From positions 1 to 48,517 of the forward strand of contig JAKLKB010000044.1 of the NCBI GenBank assembly GCA_023150835.1: DNA of 48,517 nucleotides. The letters are read 5' to 3'. The notes under the pieces are model-generated. The model was not told the origin of the DNA, did no database searches, and worked only from the letters and a program-made list of their open reading frames with translations. A program made the position numbers and the translations under genes. The stretch is from Myxococcota bacterium (GTDB taxonomy: Bacteria; Myxococcota_C; UBA6777). Positions 23,923 through 32,433 of this stretch are shown in pieces. Each line of letters begins with the position of its first letter. Within the stretch, counting starts at the first letter, position 1.

Positions 23923-24435
23923 TCAGGGACGACCGCGCAGCTTTTGCCAAGCGGGGCGCAGAGCTTCCCACGTCACGACTTGGCCTTTGTATTGTTTGGC
24001 CCAGATCTCGGCATCCGACTTTTTCTCATAGCTCAAGATCGGAACGCCCATCACACGGGTCTTTTTGACTCCCAGTACATACGTCGCTTTAGCAGCCGCC
24101 AACCAAGGCTCGGCTTTTGGCGAAAACACCAGAGGATCAGTCTTGGGGTTCATTCCTTCGACAAAGATCATCCGTGCTTTCCCATGCGGCGAAGGCGTTT
24201 CAAGGTACGTCAGCATATCACTCAACGAACAAAAAAACACACGCTTTCCGTCGCGGTGGATCACTTGTCCACGCGGTGAAGGTTCCTCGCGCACGATCAT
24301 CCCGCACGCCGCGCAAGCGTGGGTGTGGATCGCTTCCGCTTTCAACGCTATCGCAGCTTTGCCTTGGTCTTTTTGGCAATTCACCAAAAAGAAAGACAGC
24401 ATCAGACAAATACCATAGAAGATCTTCTGTGTCAT
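23923..24435 (-). CDS. nosL: NosL copper chaperone lipoprotein
   Basis: LVNC lipobox, CAACGM, FFCS, ATYVLG and MG; follows nosY with overlapping stop/start. Confidence 0.9.
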   Translation of the reverse strand: MTQKIFYGICLMLSFFLVNCQKDQGKAAIALKAEAIHTHACAACGMIVREEPSPRGQVIHRDGKRVFFCSLSDMLTYLETPSPHGKARMIFVEGMNPKTDPLVFSPKAEPWLAAAKATYVLGVKKTRVMGVPILSYEKKSDAEIWAKQYKGQVVTWEALRPAWQKLRGRP

Positions 24436-25229
24436 CAGATCACCTTTTTCCGCAAAAGAATCCAACCGCTCAGCAGCACAGGCCCCACGATCCAAGCCGA
24501 CCACAAAACCGCCAAGACGCCCGAGACAGGAACGCGAGCCGTCATGCCCAACTGTTCCAATCCTTGTGTGCCGAGAAAGACCTCCATCATCTGCATCCGA
24601 AAAAGTCCTGCGGGATTGGCGATCACCAAAGCGCGCATCACCCCTTGCGAGACTGCACCGTCGGAGATCACCAACACCCCCAAGAGACCGAGATCATAGA
24701 AAAAAACCAACACAAACCACACCACCACCACCGCGCTTGCTGCGGAGACTTGCCGTTTGTAAAGCGCCGAAAGCAGCAGCCCCAACGACAAAAAAGCCAG
24801 TCCCAACAACAGCGTCGGCAACAGCAAAGGCCACAACACCTGCCGCGAGACGGCCCCCGCAAAGATCCCCGCACTCCCAAAGCCCAACAGCACCGCAGCC
24901 GACAACGCCAAACCCCGACCAATAAATTTGGCCCACACCATCTCCATCCGACCGATCGGCAACGACAACAACAACCCCAAAGTATTGCGCTCGGACTCCC
25001 CAACGATGGCATCGTGACTCAGAATCAACGCAACCAATGGTACAAACAAACTCGCTAATGTGACGAGACTAGGCCCTGTTAAGCCTACAGCCTTTGCACC
25101 TGCGCTGCGACCGTACAACGTCACCGCCGAAGCCAACACCGCAAACAACAAGCTGATCACCAACACCCAACGATCTCGTGTGCGCTCAGACAACTCATGC
25201 AAGATCAAAGAACGTGCAACTCTTCGCAT
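24435..25229 (-). CDS. nosY: NosY ABC permease
   Basis: VPLVALILSHDAIVGESERNTLGLLLSLP; multiple TM segments; nos context. Confidence 0.92.
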   Translation of the reverse strand: MRRVARSLILHELSERTRDRWVLVISLLFAVLASAVTLYGRSAGAKAVGLTGPSLVTLASLFVPLVALILSHDAIVGESERNTLGLLLSLPIGRMEMVWAKFIGRGLALSAAVLLGFGSAGIFAGAVSRQVLWPLLLPTLLLGLAFLSLGLLLSALYKRQVSAASAVVVVWFVLVFFYDLGLLGVLVISDGAVSQGVMRALVIANPAGLFRMQMMEVFLGTQGLEQLGMTARVPVSGVLAVLWSAWIVGPVLLSGWILLRKKVI

Positions 25230-26152
25230 CAGAACATCTCCAGCAATCTTTCGTACACCTCATCCAATGTCGGTTCTTCCATACGAAAGCCCCGGATATC
25301 CGAAGAAAAAAGAGGTTGTTGTTGAAAATAATCCAGCAGCGCACGGGATGGGATCACAAGACGAACCTGAAAGAGACCTTGATCTTTTTTCTCTTCGGCT
25401 TCAGTCATCCAAGAAGACAACACTTCCGAGGTACGCAAGCGATCTACCACTTTTTCGTCATCAAAAGTAAGATATATCTGGATCGGCAGTGCAGCCATCT
25501 CTCTAAGTTCCAACGGAGTTCCTCGCGCACAGATCCGCCCACGTTTGAACACACACATCTGATCCACACGGCGCTCCAACAAGGCGATATCGTGCGTCGA
25601 AAGCAAGACCATCCGCCCTGCTTCTCGCCAGACCCGCAAGACCTCCCACAAGACCGACAGCCCTTCTTGATCGAGTCCTCCTGTCGGCTCATCCAAGATC
25701 AACAACATCGGTTCAGTCAGGATCGCCACCGCCAAACCCAGTCGTTGCCGCATCCCTCGCGAATAACCGCGCACAGCCCGACGCGCTGCATGCTCAAGGC
25801 TCACAAAGCGCAACACCTCTTCGATCCGCTCTTTGCGAACTCCCCGCGCACGCGCAAAAAACGACAGCACCTGCCAACCCGTTAGATTCTCAGAAAAGGC
25901 CACATTTTCAGGTAAATATCCGATTTTTTCTCGAAACGCATAGTCCTGTATCGCCATTTGGTGATCGATGCGCAACTCGCCTTGTTCGGGGCGTACCAAA
26001 CCCAATAACACTTTGAGCAGCGTCGACTTCCCTGCTCCGTTCGGACCAACCAACATACAGACCTGACCTACTTCGAGCGATATCTCGACCCGATCGAGTG
26101 CCTGAACCTCGCCAAAACGCACAGAGATATCCCGCAACGAAAGGCTTTTCAT
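25229..26152 (-). CDS. nosF: NosF ABC ATPase
   Basis: GPNGAGKST, YSRGMRQRLGLA, LDEPTGGLD and STH; ATGA overlap with nosD. Confidence 0.92.
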   Translation of the reverse strand: MKSLSLRDISVRFGEVQALDRVEISLEVGQVCMLVGPNGAGKSTLLKVLLGLVRPEQGELRIDHQMAIQDYAFREKIGYLPENVAFSENLTGWQVLSFFARARGVRKERIEEVLRFVSLEHAARRAVRGYSRGMRQRLGLAVAILTEPMLLILDEPTGGLDQEGLSVLWEVLRVWREAGRMVLLSTHDIALLERRVDQMCVFKRGRICARGTPLELREMAALPIQIYLTFDDEKVVDRLRTSEVLSSWMTEAEEKKDQGLFQVRLVIPSRALLDYFQQQPLFSSDIRGFRMEEPTLDEVYERLLEMF

Positions 26153-27657
26153 TTCGCCCTCCACGACATCAACGGACGATGATCGATCACCGTAGGCACC
26201 CGCAAAACAGGCAACCGCTGCTCCAAATGCGTCAACAATTCGAGCGAAGGGCTACGCATCAACATCACGGACGGCGGGTATTGATAAAGCAAGCGTGAAG
26301 AAAAACTATCTAACCGATATGGACGATCTCCGATCCCATCTTTGTCTTGATCCCAACCGATATAATCGCTCCAATAGTTGCCTTGATCTCCTTTTGTCCC
26401 CCAGTCAAGGTCAGATGCTCCGACAAAAAAGATCTGCTGATTGTTGTGAATAAAAGCATTGTTTCGCACACGATTGCGGATCGTTCCCGCCCAAATACGC
26501 GCTCCGATCTGGTTTTTTTGGATGCTGTTGTCTTCGATGATGTTGTCGTTGCTCGAAAAGAAAAACATCCCTTCGCCGTTGTGGTGCAAGATATTTTTGC
26601 GGATGGTGCAGTACTGGGCATCGCGAAACAAGATGCCATGCCGCTCATTGTGCTGGACATCGTTCTCCTCGATGTGGAGGTGATGGCTTTGCATCAGCGC
26701 GAGCCCTGTCAGGTTGTGATGGCTTTTGTTGCGGATCAAACGGTTGCGATAAGAGTACATATAGTGTACGCCATAGCGTTGATGAGAAAGGTGATTTTCC
26801 ATGATCACGCTGTCTTCGACCGCAGAAACATAGATCCCATCGCGTGCATGAAGCACACGATTTCCACGTATCAAAAGCCTCGAACCATCGAACAGATGGA
26901 TCCCATTTCCGCGATCCGCTTCTTTGACTTGTTCTCGTCCGTATACGTAGTTGTCGAGGATCTGTACATCGTCTGTCTCATGCAGCCACAAACCAAATGC
27001 GCAATCACGCATCGTATTTTTTCGCACAATCGAACGAACGGCTGTTTTTGCCAGATAAATACAACTATCAGGCCCCCCGAGATCAGAACCGCTTCCTTGT
27101 ACGATCAAGCCCTCAAGGATCGTTTGCGGAGCCTCCACGATCAGCACTTTGCCTTTGCCCCGCCCATCGATCACCCCTCCTCGACCCCGCATGGTCACAC
27201 GCCGTTTCAAATGAATCGGCCCGAACCATCGACCTGATGGGATCTCGATCACATCACCATCTGAAACCTGCGCTGCGATCTTCTGTAAGGAATCTTCACT
27301 TTTTTCAGGTATCCATACACGCGCATGACTTACGCAGATCCACGAAAAAAACAAGAACACTCCAACAGCCCATGAGCCACCCAAGCGACGGATATCTTGT
27401 CGGCCTGCGATGCGAGACACTTCGAACAGCCTGTGCTTGTCGAACAAAGAGGCTGCGCTCCCATGACCTTTCATGGAGGAAAAACAATCATGCCCTTGCT
27501 TGGAGGGGGCGTGATCGCCTCCCCTTCGCGGTCCAACATCGTGCCTCCGATGCCCTCGTACAGAGGTTGCGCTCCGATGCCCTCGGATGGAGGGAAAGCA
27601 CCCATGCTCTTGCATGGAGGGTGCGTTTCCATGCCCTTGCAGGCGTGCGTTACACAT
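26149..27657 (-). CDS. nosD: NosD maturation protein (beta-helix) with possible His-rich N-terminal extension
   Basis: RGNGIHL, RDGIY, RYGVHYMYS, GLALM and GNYWSDYIGWDQDKDGIGDRPYR; true start uncertain. Confidence 0.93.
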   Translation of the reverse strand: MCNARLQGHGNAPSMQEHGCFPSIRGHRSATSVRGHRRHDVGPRRGGDHAPSKQGHDCFSSMKGHGSAASLFDKHRLFEVSRIAGRQDIRRLGGSWAVGVFLFFSWICVSHARVWIPEKSEDSLQKIAAQVSDGDVIEIPSGRWFGPIHLKRRVTMRGRGGVIDGRGKGKVLIVEAPQTILEGLIVQGSGSDLGGPDSCIYLAKTAVRSIVRKNTMRDCAFGLWLHETDDVQILDNYVYGREQVKEADRGNGIHLFDGSRLLIRGNRVLHARDGIYVSAVEDSVIMENHLSHQRYGVHYMYSYRNRLIRNKSHHNLTGLALMQSHHLHIEENDVQHNERHGILFRDAQYCTIRKNILHHNGEGMFFFSSNDNIIEDNSIQKNQIGARIWAGTIRNRVRNNAFIHNNQQIFFVGASDLDWGTKGDQGNYWSDYIGWDQDKDGIGDRPYRLDSFSSRLLYQYPPSVMLMRSPSLELLTHLEQRLPVLRVPTVIDHRPLMSWRAK

Positions 27658-29743
27658 CTTTGCGTTGCTCCATCAAACGAGCCAAGCGCTTTTTGTCTTC
27701 TTCGCTCTGCTCGGCTTTGCGCAAGATCCGCTCGATCCCCACCAACGGCGGGCAAACCTTGTCGTTGCGATAGGTGGCTTCGCACTCCATGCACGACAAA
27801 CATTCGCGTGGATCGATCGTTCCGTTGGGGCGGATGGCTTTGGGCTCGCATCCTTTGGTGCAGATCTGACAAGAGCTACAAAAAGAGCGACGTTTGGGGC
27901 CTGATATCCGAAAGCTTCCAAAGATCGCCAACGCCCCACCGAGCGGGCAAAGATAGCGGCAGAAGGGGCGCCACCAAAACAACGACAGCGACAGCAGCAA
28001 GATCCACCAGAGAAAAAATCCCCACGGGCGCTTCCATGCGTACACCAAAAAGGTCGACTTGAAGGGCTCGATCTCAGCCATCGTCTCCCCCCAGATCGGC
28101 GAGATCAGAAACACCACCAACAGCACCGCGAAAACGACGTAACGAAGATATCGCAATGGCGTATGGATCTTTTCTGGGAGTTCAAAGTCGGGAAGTTTGA
28201 GTTTTCGCCCCAGTTTGTGCAAAAGCTCAGTCATCGCTCCATAAGGACAGACCCAGCCGCAAAACACTCCACGCCCCCAGATAATCGAGACGATCGCAAT
28301 AAAGATCCACAGCACAAAGATCAGCGGCTCGCTAAAAAACAGATCCCACCGCCATTTGTGGATCACGCTGTCGGCCAGCGTCAAAAGCTGTGTGACGGAA
28401 GGTTGCGCTCGCATCCACACGCCGATCAACAACACGCTCGCAAGCATCACACCGACGTGAAGGCGTTTTAGGCGAAGCATCTCGCCCGTCAAGAAACGCC
28501 GCGCCGTAAAAAGGCCCATCACAAACAGCAAAAGGCTGATCAAGACGACGACTTCGGTACTTCGATTTCTCCACGCTTGGACGTACATCGCAGCGTACGG
28601 ATCGGGCCCATCGAACTGATAGACCGAGCGCGGCAAGCGGTGTGTGGACTGAAACTGTCTGAAATCTCGGTTGAATCCGCCCGTCCCGTCATAGCGGCTG
28701 CCCAAAAAGATCATCCGAAACGGAGCGCCGGGATCGAGCGGTGCGCCCGAAGTAAAGAACACCGCCCCTTCCTTAAAGCGCGGTGCGCCTTTGGAGTTGA
28801 GGTTCGTCAAGTTAAAGTAATCCGTATCTCGGAAGATCAACTCGCGCAAGCCTTGTTCGACCCGCACGCGATCAAAGATCCCACCACGCACAAACGCCGA
28901 TCCCTTAAAGGAATCCGAGCCTTGGCCCAAGACCACAAGCAGATGTTGGCCTGCTTTGCGGCGTTTCATCAAATACGCATACGTCCGCTCACCAAATAGC
29001 GAACGCCCGACCTGTGGAGCATCAGCCAACGTGTACCACAGATCCACAAATTCCCCCTGTGGATTTTTCACTCCCATCTGACGCTCTGTGACGGTCAATC
29101 GCCCCCAAACACCTTCCTTGCGCATCCGCTGCCAGTCCCAGACTTCGGTACTTTGAATGAATCGCCCGGGTGTTGCAGCCGAAACGCTCAACACACCTGT
29201 GGCGATCCCGACCGCACGAGCGGACTCCAAGACGGTTTTGTTTTGCGCAAGCGCCGTGACAGTCGCTCCCGAGATCACATCGACCGAGACCGCGCCTTTG
29301 CTTGCTCGCCCCACAACAACGGGCGTACTTGCTTTTTTTCCGACATAAAACTTTGTAAAATCATGCAAGGCTTTTTCAGGGATCCCCACCAGCAAGATCG
29401 GCTCGCTGTGATGGATCACTTGTACGCCTGTGATCGCGCCCTGCGGATCGAGTCCAACAAGCGTCTCCATCGGTTTGCTTGAATAGGCTGGGATATCGAC
29501 CACATCCGTAGAAAGAACCACCCACCCAAGCAGCTTCTTTTGGGCATCATACCCTGCGACAAAAGGGCCTTTTGGAGAAGCCGAAAAGCTGACAGCCCCC
29601 GGCAAGACCTGCACACAAGGCATTTTTTGGCAGTCAAGGCGCATGGAGCGTCGTGGGGAAGACGCAAAGCTCGCGGCCTCGGCGAATAAAAAAGCAAAGA
29701 GAAAAAATGTGAGACGGCAGAAAAGAGAACGTGTGGATATCAT
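27650..29743 (-). CDS. nosR: NosR/NirI-family FMN-binding, Fe-S membrane protein
   Basis: HSEPILLVGIP, DVISGATVT flavinylation motif, FVRGGIFDR, WGRGVFCGWVCPYGA, RPFCRYLCPLG, CSSCQIC and CLSCMEC. Confidence 0.93.
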   Translation of the reverse strand: MISTRSLFCRLTFFLFAFLFAEAASFASSPRRSMRLDCQKMPCVQVLPGAVSFSASPKGPFVAGYDAQKKLLGWVVLSTDVVDIPAYSSKPMETLVGLDPQGAITGVQVIHHSEPILLVGIPEKALHDFTKFYVGKKASTPVVVGRASKGAVSVDVISGATVTALAQNKTVLESARAVGIATGVLSVSAATPGRFIQSTEVWDWQRMRKEGVWGRLTVTERQMGVKNPQGEFVDLWYTLADAPQVGRSLFGERTYAYLMKRRKAGQHLLVVLGQGSDSFKGSAFVRGGIFDRVRVEQGLRELIFRDTDYFNLTNLNSKGAPRFKEGAVFFTSGAPLDPGAPFRMIFLGSRYDGTGGFNRDFRQFQSTHRLPRSVYQFDGPDPYAAMYVQAWRNRSTEVVVLISLLLFVMGLFTARRFLTGEMLRLKRLHVGVMLASVLLIGVWMRAQPSVTQLLTLADSVIHKWRWDLFFSEPLIFVLWIFIAIVSIIWGRGVFCGWVCPYGAMTELLHKLGRKLKLPDFELPEKIHTPLRYLRYVVFAVLLVVFLISPIWGETMAEIEPFKSTFLVYAWKRPWGFFLWWILLLSLSLFWWRPFCRYLCPLGGALAIFGSFRISGPKRRSFCSSCQICTKGCEPKAIRPNGTIDPRECLSCMECEATYRNDKVCPPLVGIERILRKAEQSEEDKKRLARLMEQRKDV

Positions 29744-29847
29744 GGTTGGATCCCAAAGATCGGACTGTTTGGAAAGTCCGTTGTGCGGTGAAGATCGCCC
29801 CCCCCCTCTTTGGTGGCGATCAAACAAGGTCCCTCAAATCAGAGCGA

Positions 29848-31842
29848 TTAGCCTTTTTTGGGTTGGGATGTAGGAGCATCGCTGACGATCAAGCGGCCTC
29901 GCATCTCAAGGTGCAGCGCGTGGCAGAACCACGGGCAGTAGAACCAATACACACCGGGCTTATCGGCCACAAAAGTTGCGCTGTTGGTGTCGCGAGCGTT
30001 GACCAAGAAGTTCACGTCGTGGTGTGTCACGCATAGACCGTGCGACAAATCCTCGACGTTATCGAGGTTGGTCAAGATGATCTGGACTTTTTCGCCCTTG
30101 GTGACGCGGATCTCGCTGAAGTGGAACTTGGGTGCTTGACTGGTCATGTAGACACGCACGATCCCGTTTTTGCGGATGATCTTGTTGTCTTTGAGCAGAT
30201 TCACGCCATCTTCTTTGGCCCATGCTTCGTACATCTCAAAGCGCGGCCCAGTGCGGGGCTGGATCTTGGTGGGTTGGATGATGCTTTTCTTCACGATCAC
30301 GCAGTCATGGGGTTCAGGATAGGTCGGGCCGTCGTGCATCAGTTTCATCTTGTCGCCCGACATATCGATGAGTTGGTCGTTTTCCGGCATCAACGGTCCG
30401 ACGTTCAGGTAACGGTCTTTGGAAAACTTGCACAGCGCCATCAGCCACTTGCCATCGGCTTCTTTGGTTTCGCTCATCGAAGCGTTGATGTGGCCGATTT
30501 GGTAGTGAACATCGAGCTTTTGGAGGATCGCTTTGGCAGCGGCTTCTTTCGAGGCTTTGGGATCTTTGATCTTGTAGGCTTCGATGGCAGCGGCGATGTT
30601 CCACTTGGTGACGACAGAGTCGATAAAGATCGACGTGTAGGCGTTTCCTTTGTTGTCGAACGCTGTATGCAGCGGTCCCAAGCCCACCTCGGGTTCGGCC
30701 ACCACACAGTCGCGTGGCTTGATCTTTTTCTGGAACGCATCGTCCAATTTTCGGACATCCACCACCGAAACGGTCGGCGAAAGCTTTCCAGACACCACCG
30801 CGTACATACCCGTCGGATCCATATTCACACCGTGAGGGCTTTTGGGGACAGGGATGCGCATCACGTACTCGCTGTCTGCGCCGCGTGCATCCACCACAGG
30901 AACCGTCGAGTTGCCGATACGGATGGTCTTTCCGTTTTGGACGGCGCGCTCAATGTTGGCGATGTTGAATACATAGAGATGATCGCGTTCGTTGGCCATC
31001 ATCTTTTCCAACGTCACGCCACCTTCCGAGTTATAGCAGGTCGCAAACGAGTATTTGCCTTGGTAGTCCGTAGCGCAAAGGTCCATGTTGCCTTCGACGA
31101 GAACTTGCCACTTGACTTCCATCGTCTCGCCATCGACAGCAGTGTGCATCGCACCGTATTTTTCGGGCGAATCCATATCGCGGCCATCGTTCGGCATCGG
31201 CGTACGAAATTCGCTGTTGGTGAAAACGTACCCTGTCTTGTGGCGTTGAGGGAAAATACCGTGAGTCCCTGCGCAGTTGGGCAGTTCTGTGATGCGATCC
31301 ACTTCCATGATATCGATACGAACACGAGCCAAACGCGCCGAGGCTTTGTCGTTGACAAAGATATAACGACCGTCATACGTGCCATCCTTGTAAGAGAGAT
31401 GGACGTGGTGCGTATCGCCTGACAGACGGTTCCCAAGGATCTTCTTCGAGAAATCGGTTGCGCCCCAACCCGTTGCAGCGTCAAAGTTGAACACAGGGAT
31501 GCGCTTCAGTTCGCGCATCGAAGGAACGCCCAAGACGCGGATCTCGCCCGACTGACCGCCGCTCCAAAAGCCGTAGTAATCATCGTGCGCGCCCGGGGCA
31601 ACGTGTGTAGACAAGCCGCTTGCATGCGCTTGTCCTCCGCCCAGTCCGGGGCTTGGCGTCTTCTCACAACCGGCCAGTTGTGTTCCAAAGAGGGCTGCGG
31701 CCAACGAACCCACCTTCAAAAAATCACGGCGTCCCCATCCTGTTTCGGTCGCAGCCTCGGCTTGCACCGCGTTCGATGCGGTCGCCGATTCGGGTTGTGG
31801 GTGGGTGGTATGTTGTGCTGTCTTGTCGTGTTTGTTTTGCAT
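29848..31842 (-). CDS. nosZ: Nitrous oxide reductase, Tat-dependent (clade I-like)
   Basis: GRRDFLK Tat motif, GFWSGGQSG, DTHHVH, THG, SPHG, GPLH, EPHD, CuA DLSHG...CPWFCHALHLEM; no C-terminal heme domain. Confidence 0.97.
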   Translation of the reverse strand: MQNKHDKTAQHTTHPQPESATASNAVQAEAATETGWGRRDFLKVGSLAAALFGTQLAGCEKTPSPGLGGGQAHASGLSTHVAPGAHDDYYGFWSGGQSGEIRVLGVPSMRELKRIPVFNFDAATGWGATDFSKKILGNRLSGDTHHVHLSYKDGTYDGRYIFVNDKASARLARVRIDIMEVDRITELPNCAGTHGIFPQRHKTGYVFTNSEFRTPMPNDGRDMDSPEKYGAMHTAVDGETMEVKWQVLVEGNMDLCATDYQGKYSFATCYNSEGGVTLEKMMANERDHLYVFNIANIERAVQNGKTIRIGNSTVPVVDARGADSEYVMRIPVPKSPHGVNMDPTGMYAVVSGKLSPTVSVVDVRKLDDAFQKKIKPRDCVVAEPEVGLGPLHTAFDNKGNAYTSIFIDSVVTKWNIAAAIEAYKIKDPKASKEAAAKAILQKLDVHYQIGHINASMSETKEADGKWLMALCKFSKDRYLNVGPLMPENDQLIDMSGDKMKLMHDGPTYPEPHDCVIVKKSIIQPTKIQPRTGPRFEMYEAWAKEDGVNLLKDNKIIRKNGIVRVYMTSQAPKFHFSEIRVTKGEKVQIILTNLDNVEDLSHGLCVTHHDVNFLVNARDTNSATFVADKPGVYWFYCPWFCHALHLEMRGRLIVSDAPTSQPKKG

Positions 31843-32020
31843 GGCTCTTCCTTGCGTTCGTTTTTTGTACGGGTTGACGCGCTCTCCCCCTTGCCGCTGT
31901 CTACCTGCACAAAAGCCCTCGTTGACAACCGCCCAAGCGGTGTATGTTTTTTGGGGTGCTTTACAGACACACACGTCTATAAAGACTTGGGTGGGTGTAG
32001 CATAATCCCTAGGAAAAGAC

Positions 32021-32034
32021 TTGATCCAGATCAA
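32021..32034. promoter_or_regulatory. FNR/DNR-type (Crp-Fnr) binding site upstream of nosZ
   Basis: Perfect TTGAT-CCAG-ATCAA; a candidate extended -10 (TGcTACACC, minus strand 32002-31994) lies at class II spacing. Confidence 0.85.
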
Positions 32035-32189
32035 AGAAAACAAGGAAATCGCTAGTCTTTCAAGTCGATTGAGATGGAGACATCTCCACAGACCCGCGCC
32101 CTTCTTTCACCAAACAGTTGTTGGCTCAAGTTGCTCTTCGGCAAGTTCGGCGAACAGATGACACAACCGCGCACCACTGTCAACACCTC

Positions 32190-32303
32190 ATACGATATCC
32201 GCCCGCTGCGCGATCGCAAAACGTAGGGGCAGCCCCCTGTGGCTGCCCAACCATAGGGCGTTTACGCATTATCCTTCGTGTACACATCACTCGGATTTCG
32301 TAT
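32190..32303 (-). repeat. Repeat family C, full copy in reverse orientation
   Basis: ATACGATATCCG...GTAGGGGCAGCCCCCTGTGGCTGCCC...CGGATTTCGTAT. Confidence 0.9.
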
Positions 32304-32433
32304 CATCTCACAGCAGAGCCATCGACTTGTGCGTGGCGATCCGTATCCCCCCGCAAGTGTTTGGATCGGATGCGGTGGCTCCCCCCTGTATTCGCGCTGT
32401 TTCAAGCGGCAGCGTTATGTTTTTTCGAGCAGG

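Noticed and set aside
30040-31422. Long antisense ORFs (also 6213-7316, 36281-37384 and 43845-44858)
   Set aside because: Shadows of well-supported genes on the opposite strand
29848-31842. Clade II NosZ
   Set aside because: Tat motif, DxHHxH/EPHD signature, nosR present and nosB absent
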